Shown: positions 10,900 to 20,988, counted from the stretch's first letter. The stretch: DNA of 64,000 nt from Pirellulales bacterium (GCA_040901675.1 JBBDYJ010000035.1:74054-138053); one strand, 5' to 3'. The notes: generated by a model not told the origin, from the letters alone. Made by a program: numbers and translations.

Positions 10900-11421
10900 A
10901 TGCGACATCAAACATTCTGGAGCGCGGCGGTCGGTCTGGGCCTGCTCGTGGGGGCCGGCGCAGTCTGGGCCGAGGAAGACGAGCAGGATATTGCGCTGGA
11001 GGATCTGCCGAAGGCGGTTGTCGAGGCCGTCAAAGCCCGATTCCCCGGCGCGGAACTTGCCGAGGCGGAGAAGGAGACGGAGGACGGCCGAACTCTGTAC
11101 GAGGTCGAACTGAAGCACAACGCTCAGGAGATCGAAGTCTTGGTGACGCCGCAGGGGACGATTGTCGAAATCGAGAAGGAGATCGCTGAGAAGGACCTGC
11201 CCAAGGCCGTGCGCAAGGCAGTCGCCCAAAAGTATCCAAGGGCCACAATCCAGGAGGCCGAGGAGATTACCGTCGTGAAAGACGGCAAGGATCGGGTCTC
11301 ATCCTACGAGGTTGTCGTTGCGACCCCTGACAAGAAGACGCGCGAACTGTTGCTGAAGCCCGATGGCACGATCAGCAGCGATGAACCGGAGAATGACGAC
11401 GACCTGGAAACGCATCCCTGA
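10900..11421 (+). CDS. PepSY-like (BLIP-like) secreted protein
   Basis: Signal peptide; two LPKAV...YEV repeats; GGAGG RBS. Confidence 0.85.
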   Translation: MRHQTFWSAAVGLGLLVGAGAVWAEEDEQDIALEDLPKAVVEAVKARFPGAELAEAEKETEDGRTLYEVELKHNAQEIEVLVTPQGTIVEIEKEIAEKDLPKAVRKAVAQKYPRATIQEAEEITVVKDGKDRVSSYEVVVATPDKKTRELLLKPDGTISSDEPENDDDLETHP

Positions 11422-11440
11422 AGGCAACGAGGCGAAATCC

Positions 11441-12097
11441 ATGTTCAACATCTGTCGGCGGTTGGCCGGCGCCGGGTCGTGCCGGTGGGCGGCCTTGGCA
11501 ACGTATCTTGTCGCTGTCTCATCCGCGGCGATCTATGCGGACACGCGGGTCGGGCAACCCGGCGATGGCGCTGCGGACACGGAAACGATCTACCGGCTCG
11601 ACCCGGTGCTCGACGAGCTGCTGCCCGTGCCGCGGGAGGAACAAAGAGCGGGGCACATCTACCTGCACTACAGCCAGCGGCTGGGCCGCCGCGTGTGGAG
11701 CTTCCACCTTGCCAACGGGCGATTCTGGCATGACTTCGGCGAAGGGACCGTGCAGCCGGCGCGCCTGTTCGACCTGCGCCGCACGCGTGAAGAGTCATTG
11801 GAGCTGCTGGGGCCCGGCCGGGCAGCCCTGAGGGACGAGCTGAGGCGCACCGGCGGGGCCGCCATGCTGCGTCTGGGCGAAAACGGCCGTTGGACCCCAG
11901 CCCACGTTGGTTCGGCGCCCACGATCTACGACAGTCAGACCCGCCGGCTCTGGCAGCTTGGGGCCAGCGACTATATTCCGGTCAGCCACTCGCCATTCGG
12001 CTATTTGTGGACCCGCAGCTCCGGACAATTTGTGCCGTCGTCCAGGGTCGAGCGTGCACCGAGTCATCCGGCGTTTTCCAGCGAGTGCGGCCGCTGA
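11441..12097 (+). CDS. Hypothetical secreted protein
   Basis: Follows the PepSY-like gene; hydrophobic N-terminal segment; GAGG RBS; no motif recognised. Confidence 0.6.
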   Translation: MFNICRRLAGAGSCRWAALATYLVAVSSAAIYADTRVGQPGDGAADTETIYRLDPVLDELLPVPREEQRAGHIYLHYSQRLGRRVWSFHLANGRFWHDFGEGTVQPARLFDLRRTREESLELLGPGRAALRDELRRTGGAAMLRLGENGRWTPAHVGSAPTIYDSQTRRLWQLGASDYIPVSHSPFGYLWTRSSGQFVPSSRVERAPSHPAFSSECGR

Positions 12098-12161
12098 CTT
12101 CAGCCAACGACTCCTCGCGATAGGTCTCCAACTTGTACGACCTGGCGATGTCATTGCGGCA

Positions 12162-12659
12162 TTACACGTCGTCTTCCGTCGACGCGGCGCTTGAACTCTG
12201 GCGCGGCACGACCAGCTTCGCGATAAGCACCTGGACGATCTCGCCCGACTGATTGCGGGTTTCGCTGCGGATCGTGGCGATGCCGCGGTCCGGACGAGAT
12301 CGTGACGGTCTTGCTTCGACGACTTCACTTTCGACATGCAGCACATCGCCCGCCCGCGTCGGCTTGGGCCAGGCCATTTCCGCGCCAACTCCGACCATCC
12401 CGCCGGCAATCGGCACTCCTTCGACGAGCAGCCGCATCGAAACGGCCGCCGTGTGCCAACCGCTCGCCACCAGCCCTTCGAACATCGTGTCCTTCGCAGC
12501 TTCGGCGTCAAGATGAAACGGCTGTGGATCGAACTGCTTCGCGAACGCCTTGATCTCGTCTTCGCCGATCCGATGCGTGCCGCTGGTGAACCGTTGTCCA
12601 ACGCGCAGATCGTCAAGGTAGAGGATTCCTTTGCCGCGGAGTTGATTCGGGTCCGCCAT
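12162..12659 (-). CDS. MaoC-family (hotdog) dehydratase
   Basis: LYLDDLRVG, FAKQFDPQPFHLD, ASGWHTAA. Confidence 0.92.
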   Translation of the reverse strand: MADPNQLRGKGILYLDDLRVGQRFTSGTHRIGEDEIKAFAKQFDPQPFHLDAEAAKDTMFEGLVASGWHTAAVSMRLLVEGVPIAGGMVGVGAEMAWPKPTRAGDVLHVESEVVEARPSRSRPDRGIATIRSETRNQSGEIVQVLIAKLVVPRQSSSAASTEDDV

Positions 12660-12665
12660 AATGTT

Positions 12666-15600
12666 TCATCCTCCATGGTTCCGGAAACGCGCACCTGAGA
12701 TCCGGCGCAAGATCACGTAAAAGCTCGGCGTCAGGAACAGTCCAAAGGCCGTCACGCCGAGCATGCCGATGGAGACGGCCGTGCCGAGCACCTGCCGCAG
12801 CTCGGCTCCCGGACCATGGGCGATTGCCAGCGGCAGCACGCCGAGAATGAAGGCAAACGAAGTCATCAGAATTGGGCGAAGCCGCAAGCGGGAGGCCTCG
12901 ACCGCCGCTTCGATCGCGCTGCGCCCTTCTTCTTCGAGCTGCTTGGCAAATTCCACAATCAGCACGGCGTTCTTGGCCGCCAGGCCGATCAGAACCACAA
13001 AGCCGATCTGGGTAATCAGGTTGTTGTCCATGCCTCGGCTCCAGATGCCGCCCAGGGCAAATGGCAAGCAGACGGGCGCAATGAGAATGATCGCCAGCGG
13101 CAGCGACCAGCTCTCGTACTCGGCGGAGTGCACAAGGAACACGAACAACACGCACAGCGGAAAGATGAAAAGCGCCGTGTTGCCGGCAAGCCGTTCCTGA
13201 AAGGCAAGCTCGGTCCACTCGATCGCCATCCCGCTCGGAAGCTTCTCGCGCGCCAAGCGCTCGACCGCCGCAATGGCGTCACCCGAGCTGCGTCCGGCCG
13301 CCGCGTTGGCTTGCACTTCCGCGCCCGGAAACATGTTGTAGCGGACGACGCGATCGGGACCACTACGCCAATCGACGTTGACCACGGAGCCAAGTGGAAC
13401 CATGTGTCCCGTGGCGCTGCGGGTCTTGAGCCGCCCAATGTCCTCGGGCGTGGCTCGGAAGTCGCCCTCCGCCTGGGCCCGCACCTGAAACGTGCGGCCG
13501 AAAAGATTGAAGTCGTTGACGTAAACCGACCCCAGATTCACCTGCAACGCTTCAAAGATGTTCGCCAGCGGCACGTTGAGCATATTCGCCTTGACGCGAT
13601 CGACGTCGGCGTAGAGCTGCGGCGTGCTGGCTCGATAGGTCGAGAACACCCCGGTCAGCGCGGCGTCGCTGCGGGCGGCGGCAACCAGCTCATCGGTCGC
13701 TTCCTGAAGAGCGCGGGCGCCATGCCCGGCGCGGTCCTGGACGATGAATTTAATGCCGCCGGCCGTACCGAGGCCCTGCACTGGCGGAGGCGGAATGACA
13801 AAGATGTCGGCGTCGACAATGGTCCACAGCTTGGCCTGCAAGGTTGCCAGCATCGCGTCCGCATTCCAAGTTGGATCGTCCTCGGTCCGTTCCTCAAAAG
13901 GCTTTGGTCCGACGAAAATGGCGCCGGCGTTCGGGCTATTGGCGCGAGTGGCGCCGGAGAAGCCGACAAAGGACACCGCAAATTCGACGCCCGGCGTCTC
14001 AAGAATCATGTCAGTGGCACGCCGCACTACCTCATCCGTGCGCTCCAGCGAGGCTCCATCTGGAAGTTGGACCACCGTAATCAGATAACCTCTGTCCTGC
14101 GCCGGAATGAACCCCGCCGGCACCGTTCGGAAGCCATAGGCGGTAAACCCAATCAACAATACGTAAACCGCAACGGCCAACACGACGCGGCGAAGCAGCC
14201 AGCCGACCGTGCGGCTGTACACCGAGTTCGTCGCATCGAAGCTGCGGTTGAACGTTCGAAAAAACCAACCCAATGAGAAATCCCAGGCGCGCCCGAGCCA
14301 GTCCTTGCGAGCACCGTGCGGCTGAAGCAAAATGGCGCACAGAGCCGGGCTCAGCGTCAATGAATTGAAAGCCGAGATCAACGTGGCCACTGCGATCGTG
14401 AGCGCGAACTGCCGGTAGAACTGGCCGGAAATGCCGGCGATGAACGCGGTAGGCACGAACACGGCCGAAAGGCCGGCCGCGATCGCGATCACGGCGCCGG
14501 TCACTTCGTCCATGGCCTTGTGCGCCGCCTCACGCGGCTTCAGCCCGGCGGCGATGTGCCGCTCGACGTTTTCAACGACCACGATTGCGTCGTCGACCAC
14601 GATGCCGATGGCCAGGACAAGTCCGAACAGCGAGAGCATGTTCAGCGAAAAGCCAAAGGCCGCCATTGCCGCAAACGTGCCGATCAGCGACACCGGGATG
14701 GCAATCAGCGGAATCAGGCTCGCCCGCCAGTTCTGCAAGAAAACGAGCACGACGATGACGACCAGGATCACCGCTTCAAACAACGTGTGGATCACCGAGT
14801 CGATCGACTCGCGTACAAACACGGTCGGGTTGTACACGATGCGATATTCGAGACCATCGGGGAAGCTCTTGGAGAGTTCCGCGATCGTTTGCTGCACTCC
14901 TTCCGCAGTCGCAAGGGCATTCGAGCCGGGACGTTGGGCGATCACCAGCGCCACGGCCGGCTCGTTGTTCAAATAGCTGTTGACGGCATAATCGCGCGCG
15001 CCCAGCTCGATCCGTGCCACGTCGCGGACCCTGATCACGCGGCCTTCCTCTCCGGTCTTCAGTATGATGTTGCCGAACTGCTCAGGCTCCAGGAGCCGGC
15101 CAAGAGTGTTCACTGAAAGCTGGTAGTCGGCGCCGGTGGGAATAGGGGCCTGGCCAATGACGCCGGAGGCGACTTGCAGGTTCTGCTCGCGCAGCGATCG
15201 CACCACGTCGCCGGGCGTGAGCGAAAGGTGAGCGAGCCGTTCCGGGTCAAGCCATGCCCGCATGCTGTATTCACGCAGACCGAAAGGCGTCACGTCTCCC
15301 ACTCCATCGACGCGCGCCAAGGCGTCGCGAAGCTGAATGAGCGCGTAATTGCCGATGTAGAGTTGGTCATACCGCTTGTCCGGTGAGATGATGTGGATGA
15401 CCATCAAGAGATCCGGCGATGACTTGAGCGTCGTCACGCCCAATCGGCGGACGTCCTCCGGCAGGCGGGGCTCGGCAATGGCAACCCGGTTTTGAACCAG
15501 CACCTGGGCCGTGTCTAAATCCGTTCCCAGCTTAAACGTGATGGTCAGCGTCATCTGCCCATCCGTCGTAGTCTGGGACGACATGTAGAGCATGTTTTCG

Positions 15601-15833
15601 ACGCCGTTCACCTCCTGTTCGATCGGAGTGGCCACCGTTTCCGCAATGACTTCAGGCGACGCGCCCGGATACGAGGCGCGGACGACGATGGTGGGCGGCA
15701 CCACGTCGGGGTATTGAGCCGCGGGCAGTGACAAGTACGCGATCCCGCCCAGGATCACGATGAAGACCGAGACGACGGTGGCAAAGATCGGACGGCCGGA
15801 TAGACAGCCACTCCGCCTTCGGCACCGGCTCAT
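12666..15833 (-). CDS. RND multidrug efflux permease (HAE1, MexF/BpeF-like); N-terminus abnormal
   Basis: RPIFATVVS, GIVVDDAIVVVENVER, GLAAKNAVLIVEFA, RLRPILMTS. The usual MxxxxFFI start before RPIF is missing. Confidence 0.9.
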   Translation of the reverse strand: MSRCRRRSGCLSGRPIFATVVSVFIVILGGIAYLSLPAAQYPDVVPPTIVVRASYPGASPEVIAETVATPIEQEVNGVENMLYMSSQTTTDGQMTLTITFKLGTDLDTAQVLVQNRVAIAEPRLPEDVRRLGVTTLKSSPDLLMVIHIISPDKRYDQLYIGNYALIQLRDALARVDGVGDVTPFGLREYSMRAWLDPERLAHLSLTPGDVVRSLREQNLQVASGVIGQAPIPTGADYQLSVNTLGRLLEPEQFGNIILKTGEEGRVIRVRDVARIELGARDYAVNSYLNNEPAVALVIAQRPGSNALATAEGVQQTIAELSKSFPDGLEYRIVYNPTVFVRESIDSVIHTLFEAVILVVIVVLVFLQNWRASLIPLIAIPVSLIGTFAAMAAFGFSLNMLSLFGLVLAIGIVVDDAIVVVENVERHIAAGLKPREAAHKAMDEVTGAVIAIAAGLSAVFVPTAFIAGISGQFYRQFALTIAVATLISAFNSLTLSPALCAILLQPHGARKDWLGRAWDFSLGWFFRTFNRSFDATNSVYSRTVGWLLRRVVLAVAVYVLLIGFTAYGFRTVPAGFIPAQDRGYLITVVQLPDGASLERTDEVVRRATDMILETPGVEFAVSFVGFSGATRANSPNAGAIFVGPKPFEERTEDDPTWNADAMLATLQAKLWTIVDADIFVIPPPPVQGLGTAGGIKFIVQDRAGHGARALQEATDELVAAARSDAALTGVFSTYRASTPQLYADVDRVKANMLNVPLANIFEALQVNLGSVYVNDFNLFGRTFQVRAQAEGDFRATPEDIGRLKTRSATGHMVPLGSVVNVDWRSGPDRVVRYNMFPGAEVQANAAAGRSSGDAIAAVERLAREKLPSGMAIEWTELAFQERLAGNTALFIFPLCVLFVFLVHSAEYESWSLPLAIILIAPVCLPFALGGIWSRGMDNNLITQIGFVVLIGLAAKNAVLIVEFAKQLEEEGRSAIEAAVEASRLRLRPILMTSFAFILGVLPLAIAHGPGAELRQVLGTAVSIGMLGVTAFGLFLTPSFYVILRRISGARFRNHGG

Positions 15834-17136
15834 AATCGTCGGGCAGTCCGTCGTCCGCCCCGGTCTCGATTGCCTCAACGGTCGTCGTCACCTGGATCCC
15901 CGGCCGCACGCGCTGCAGGCCGCGTACGATGACTTGCTCGGACCCGTCCAGACCGCTCCGGATGATCCGCAGGCCGCCGGACAGGGAACCGGCCGAGACG
16001 GACTGGCGGCGCACCTTGTGGTCGCTGTCGACTACCAGCACGAATTTCTCGGCTTGATCGCTGCCGACCGCCGAATCCGGGACAAGCACCGCCTCATACC
16101 TTGCGCTGCCGGGCAGCCGCAGCCGCGCGAAGAGGCCGGGCGCCAGCGACAGATCGGGATTCGCCAGGATGGCACGGGCGCGCATGGTGCCCGTGTTGGG
16201 ATCCATGCGATTGTCGACAAAGTCCATGTGTCCCTTGTGCGGAAAGCTGCCATTCTCGTCCGCCAGGGCGATGTACACCGGATTCTTCACGTCGCGCGAA
16301 CTTTGTCGCTTGCCTTCCTTTGCCAGACGGGTGTACTTGAGGAACGCCTGCTCGTCGGCGTCGAAATAGACATGGATCGGGTCAAGGGAAACGATCGTGG
16401 TCAACAGCGACGACTCTCGAGTGCCGCCGCTGATGAGGTTTCCCTCGGTCACATCGCGGTGACTGACGCGGCCCGTGATGGGAGCAACAACACGCGTGTA
16501 CTCCAGGTTCAATTCCGCAATGCCGATCGCCGCCTCGGCGGTTTCGACCGCCGCGCTCGCCGTTGCAATCGCTGCCCGCGTTGATTCGATCCGCGCCTGT
16601 GCGGCCTTCACTTCCGCCTCAGCTTGAAGCAGCTCCGATTGATGCAGCTCGAGCTCGTCTTTGCTGAGCGCTCTTTTCGCGGCGATGGCCTCCGACCGTG
16701 CATATCGCTGGCGGGCATATCCGAGGGTCGCTTCGGTTCTGCTATGCTCAGCCTCTGCCTGGGCGAGCTGTGCGGTGGATTGCGCGACCGCCGCGCCGGC
16801 CTCTTCAAGCTGCGCTCGGGCGCGATTCAATTCGGCCTCGAACGGACGTGGATCGATGACGCAGAGCAGGTCGCCCTTCCGGACGATTTGGCCTTCCTCG
16901 AAGTGGATCGACTGCAAGTAGCCGCTCGCGCGGGCGCGAACCTCCACAAAGTCCACCGCCTCCAACCGGCCCACGTATTCGTCCCACTCCACGATTTGCT
17001 TCTTAATCGGCGTGGCAACGACTACCTGCACTTCGGGCGGCGGTCCAGGCTGGCCGCCAAGTCGGCTGCAGCCAAGTACCAGCGAAAGACAGGCAAGGAT
17101 TGCCAGTTTGAACGAATTAGATTCCATGGAATCCAT
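15652..17136 (-). CDS. RND periplasmic adaptor (MFP) lipoprotein; C-terminus reads into the permease
   Basis: Lipobox-like LVLGC, VEVRARASGYL, APITGRV, DNRMDPNTGT. Confidence 0.88.
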   Translation of the reverse strand: MDSMESNSFKLAILACLSLVLGCSRLGGQPGPPPEVQVVVATPIKKQIVEWDEYVGRLEAVDFVEVRARASGYLQSIHFEEGQIVRKGDLLCVIDPRPFEAELNRARAQLEEAGAAVAQSTAQLAQAEAEHSRTEATLGYARQRYARSEAIAAKRALSKDELELHQSELLQAEAEVKAAQARIESTRAAIATASAAVETAEAAIGIAELNLEYTRVVAPITGRVSHRDVTEGNLISGGTRESSLLTTIVSLDPIHVYFDADEQAFLKYTRLAKEGKRQSSRDVKNPVYIALADENGSFPHKGHMDFVDNRMDPNTGTMRARAILANPDLSLAPGLFARLRLPGSARYEAVLVPDSAVGSDQAEKFVLVVDSDHKVRRQSVSAGSLSGGLRIIRSGLDGSEQVIVRGLQRVRPGIQVTTTVEAIETGADDGLPDDYEPVPKAEWLSIRPSDLCHRRLGLHRDPGRDRVLVTARGSIPRRGAAHHRRPRLVSGRVA

Positions 17137-17443
17137 GACCTCCGTCTTCTGCCAAACGCCGGACGAGCACCGGTGACTGGGCAATCTCGGACACGACAGA
17201 CTTCATCAAACAGCCGGCGGCCACGAGCTCCGCCCCCTCGGCGTATCGGGCCGCGAGGAATTCCTTTCCCACGGCGTCGATGGCGGTCAGGCCGGTAAGA
17301 TCAAAGCGGACCACCCGCCGGCGGTCGCCGGCTGCGGCAGTTTGCCAGCACATCTGGAGTTCCCGGACCCACGGCCCCGCCAACTTTCCTTCAAGCTGAA
17401 AGGTCAGCGACTCCGGCTTGTCGTGTGTGGTAATTCGAAGCAT
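17117..17443 (-). CDS. Small STAS-like protein upstream of the efflux genes
   Basis: MLRITTH...LEGKLAGPWVREL...FDLTGLTAIDAVGKEFL, a STAS-like DLxxxxxIDxxG motif; AAGGA RBS. Confidence 0.75.
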   Translation of the reverse strand: MLRITTHDKPESLTFQLEGKLAGPWVRELQMCWQTAAAGDRRRVVRFDLTGLTAIDAVGKEFLAARYAEGAELVAAGCLMKSVVSEIAQSPVLVRRLAEDGGHGFHGI

Positions 17444-17481
17444 CGCTTGGTCCTTGCCGCTCACTTGCCGGTGAGGCGGAG

Positions 17482-17497
17482 AGCAAGCGGTGTACCA
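17482..17497 (-). promoter_or_regulatory. Sigma-54 (-24/-12) promoter
   Basis: Minus strand reads TGGTAC-ACCGC-TTGCT against consensus TGGCAC-N5-TTGCW, about 40 bp upstream of the STAS-like ATG. Confidence 0.7.
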
Positions 17498-17784
17498 AGC
17501 GAGCGCCAGAGGCCGGGGGCGCGGTATAACAACCCACTGCCCGTTAGACTTACGCTGCACGAAAATCCGGAAAAGTTGCATGCCGGATCTGGAAGTGCCG
17601 AAGTCGAGAGGTGCCGAAGGATCGGCAAGTGCCGACACGCCGGCACTATGGGGGACGCGTGCCCGCCTCATCCCTTATCCAAGCAGCGCGGTGCGATCCG
17701 AGATGAGCTGCTTGTATTCGGCCTTCTCACCGAGGCCGCGAGGGGCTGCCCCAATTTCCCCTCGCTTCAATCGGCCCTGCCCTT

Positions 17785-18984
17785 TCACTCGATCGCTATC
17801 CGTTGGTACAGCTCCGGCGGATGGCGGCTGGGATCGTACTGCTCCAGCAAGCCGGCGCTCACCAGCTCGGCCCGCAGCACCACGGGCCGCGGGACGCCGC
17901 TGTCGCTGATGCACGACGGGTCGAAGGGGTGGAAGCTGAAAATCCGGTCCGAGCCGCGGATTCGGCCATACCAGTCGCGGACGGCATCGAAGCGCCTCAC
18001 GCCGGTGTTGACCGAGCTGTGGCAGCGGTTGCACGACTGCTGATCGACCGCGATGAAACCGGCGTCGTAGTTGGCCGGAACGATGTGCCAGTCCGCCAGC
18101 GTGGTTGGGGCGTGCGTCTCGAGCTGCTCCTTGCCGATCCGCCAATACTGCCCCAAGGCCGATCGAAACTCGGTCTTGTGCAATAACTCCTTGACCAGCT
18201 TCGGGTCATCGATGGCCGGCAGCACGTCCATGCCCATCCATTGATCGAAATCGGGGAGCGGGTGCATGATGTCGGCCAGCCGGGCCCGGTGCAGCTCGGG
18301 CTCTGGGTGCTCCAGGTGCTCGACCAGCCGCACCAGGTCCGGCGCGTGGGACCAGTCGGGCCGCAGTTCCTTGATCCGCCTGGCGAGCGACTCGGCCGTG
18401 GGGAAGGGCCGAAACACGTCCGGCTCCCAGCCTTCGTAAACCCGCGTCCTGGTCCGCAGCTCGAACGTGTAATACCAGCCTTCTGGGCCCCGCATGGTCA
18501 GCACCTCGCCAAAGACGGTGCCGACCGGGTAGATCCAGGCATATCCCTCGCTCTCGTCCCCCTCGAGCTGTTGGCGGAACCAGGCCACGCTCTGCCGTTT
18601 GCCGTCCTTGACCGGCAGCTTCAAGAAACGGAACGTGAACAGGTTGCTCGAGCGGTGGGTGCCTCCCGGGTCGGACCAGGGGAACTCCACGTTTCCGTTG
18701 CCTCCGCGGCCGTGCCCCTTCGCTTTCTCGGTTTCCTCGGCCGAGATGTTGAAGTTGGCGCTATGAACGCTTTGCAGCCTGCCCTCCCAGTGCTGGTAGG
18801 CCGGCGGCATCTCCTCTTCGGTGTACAGAATCAAGCTCGTGTCGTGCAGAATCGCCTGCAACTGACGGCTCTCGACCTGGGGAAAGAAGTTCCTCAGGTT
18901 CTGTTCCTTTTCCGGCGACATCAACTGGGCCTGTGCGGCCGACGACGTCAGCATCAACGTCGCCCATAGCAAAGTGCGCTTCAT
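17785..18984 (-). CDS. Secreted hypothetical protein with one CxxCH (putative c-type cytochrome)
   Basis: Signal peptide ending AQA; CNRCH near the C-terminus; GGAGGAGG RBS. Confidence 0.8.
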   Translation of the reverse strand: MKRTLLWATLMLTSSAAQAQLMSPEKEQNLRNFFPQVESRQLQAILHDTSLILYTEEEMPPAYQHWEGRLQSVHSANFNISAEETEKAKGHGRGGNGNVEFPWSDPGGTHRSSNLFTFRFLKLPVKDGKRQSVAWFRQQLEGDESEGYAWIYPVGTVFGEVLTMRGPEGWYYTFELRTRTRVYEGWEPDVFRPFPTAESLARRIKELRPDWSHAPDLVRLVEHLEHPEPELHRARLADIMHPLPDFDQWMGMDVLPAIDDPKLVKELLHKTEFRSALGQYWRIGKEQLETHAPTTLADWHIVPANYDAGFIAVDQQSCNRCHSSVNTGVRRFDAVRDWYGRIRGSDRIFSFHPFDPSCISDSGVPRPVVLRAELVSAGLLEQYDPSRHPPELYQRIAIE

Positions 18985-19278
18985 GGCGTTCCTCCTCCGT
19001 AGGAAACTTAGGTCTTAGATCCGGCAAACGGCGCCGGCTGTCCGGCCCAAGTAGCGACCAGCCTAGTTGCCCGACGCCGTAGGGGAAGTACCCCATAGGG
19101 GGTCTCCTCGCCCCCAAAGGTCGGAAACCCGCCCTAAGTTTCCACGTACCAACAAGAAGCGGCGAGCGAGGTGGCCCAAAAACCAGTGAGTGGACGTGGG
19201 CCGCGCCAGTGCCCTATATTGCGTCATCCGCCGAAATTACCGATGCCGCGGCTTGTAACGAACCTCCGCGAGGACACG

Positions 19279-20115
19279 ATGATCCAGATTGCCGGCGTAC
19301 AAATGGATGTCAGCCTCGGACGCCCGGCCGAGAACCTCGACAAGATCGAGCAGGCCGTCGCTCAGGCGGCCCGCGAGGGGGCGCGGCTGGTCGTTTTTCC
19401 CGAGTGCGCCATCACGGGCTATTGCTTTGAGAGCCTGGGCGAAGCCCGCGAGTTCGCCGAAACGCTTCCGGGCCCGAGCACCGGCCGCCTCGGCCGGCTG
19501 TGCCGCGAGTTGAAACTGCACGTGGTGGTCGGCCTGCTCGAGACCGACGGCCAGCGGTTGTTCAATGCCGCCGCGCTGATCGGGCCCGACGGGCTGGTGG
19601 CAACCTACCGCAAGGTCCACTTGCCGATGCTGGGCGTCGACATGTTCACCACTCCGGGGGATCGGCCTTTTGCAACATGGCAAGCAGGCGCCATGCGCGT
19701 CGGGATGAACATCTGCTACGACGGCTCCTTTCCCGAAGCGGCCCGCGTGATGGCCTTGGAGGGGGCCGACCTGATCGTGCTGCCCACCAACTGGCCCCCC
19801 GGCTCGCAGTGTACGGCCGAATTCGTCATCAACGCGCGGGCCTTGGAGAACAATGTTTACTACATGGCGGTCAACCGCGTCGGAGAGGAACGGGGCTTCA
19901 GGTTCATCGGCAAGAGCCGCGTCTGCGACCCAAGCGGGCGGGTGCTGGCCGATGCGCCGCACGACCGCGAGGCGGTCCTGCACGCCGAGATCGATCCCGA
20001 GCGGGCCCGCAACAAGCACCTGGTCCGCGTGCCCGGCAAGCACGAAATCAATCGCTTCGCCGACCGCCGGCCCGAGATGTACGCCAAGATCGTCGAACCG
20101 AAAGCCGGCGCGTGA
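19279..20115 (+). CDS. Carbon-nitrogen hydrolase (nitrilase superfamily)
   Basis: VVFPE, YRKVHL, ICYD triad motifs; RALEN; GAGGA RBS. Confidence 0.95.
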   Translation: MIQIAGVQMDVSLGRPAENLDKIEQAVAQAAREGARLVVFPECAITGYCFESLGEAREFAETLPGPSTGRLGRLCRELKLHVVVGLLETDGQRLFNAAALIGPDGLVATYRKVHLPMLGVDMFTTPGDRPFATWQAGAMRVGMNICYDGSFPEAARVMALEGADLIVLPTNWPPGSQCTAEFVINARALENNVYYMAVNRVGEERGFRFIGKSRVCDPSGRVLADAPHDREAVLHAEIDPERARNKHLVRVPGKHEINRFADRRPEMYAKIVEPKAGA

Positions 20116-20172
20116 AGCCAGATGATCATTCACACCGGCGCCAAAATCGCTGGGGTCGAGCAGAGGGCGCTG

Positions 20173-20988
20173 ATGCCTGCCTGGACGCACGATGGCCTGG
20201 AGTTCTACTACCGCGAAGCGGGCCAGGGATTGCCGTTCGTGTTCCAGCATGGGCTGGGTGGCGACTCCGAGCAGACCTTCGGCTTGTTCAAGCCGCCGCC
20301 AGGTGTGCGGCTGCTCACGCTCGAAGCCAGAGCGCATGGCCGAACGCGCCCCGTCGGCGACGAGCAAAAGATTTCGCTGACCGCCTTCGCCGCCGATCTG
20401 GCCGCCTGGATGAACCACCTCGCGCTGCCCCAAGCGGTGGTCGGCGGTATTTCCATGGGGGCGGCCGTGGCCCTGCGGTTCGCGCTTGCGTATCCCGAGC
20501 GGCTGATCGGCCTGGTGCTGTCGCGGCCCGCCTGGCTGGACCGGCCCAACCCTGACAACGTCCGCGTCTTCGCCGAGATTGCCCGCCTGCTGCGCGCGCA
20601 CACGCCCCAGACCGCGCTGGCGCACTTCAAGCAGTCGGAGACTTACCAGCGGACGCTGAGGGAGTCGCCCGACGCGGCCGCCTCCCTCTTAGGGCAGTTC
20701 ACCCAGCCCAGAGCGGTCGAAGCCGTTGCTCGACTGGAACGGATCCCGGCCGACGCCCCCGCGAAGAGCCTGGACGAGCTGCGGCGGATCCGAGTGCCCA
20801 CGTTGGTGCTGGCGAACCGGCAGGATCCAATTCATCCTTTTGAGTACGGTCGGACACTGGCCGAGGCGATCGACGGCGCGCGATTTGCCGAACTCACGCC
20901 CAAATCTCAAAGCATCGAAGCCCATGCCGCTGATGTGGCGCGGGCGCTCGGCGAGTTTCTGGACAGCTTGATTGATCGAGGTATCTGA
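20173..20988 (+). CDS. Alpha/beta hydrolase
   Basis: QHGLGG oxyanion motif, GISMG nucleophile elbow, DPIHP. Alternative start at 20122. Confidence 0.88.
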   Translation: MPAWTHDGLEFYYREAGQGLPFVFQHGLGGDSEQTFGLFKPPPGVRLLTLEARAHGRTRPVGDEQKISLTAFAADLAAWMNHLALPQAVVGGISMGAAVALRFALAYPERLIGLVLSRPAWLDRPNPDNVRVFAEIARLLRAHTPQTALAHFKQSETYQRTLRESPDAAASLLGQFTQPRAVEAVARLERIPADAPAKSLDELRRIRVPTLVLANRQDPIHPFEYGRTLAEAIDGARFAELTPKSQSIEAHAADVARALGEFLDSLIDRGI

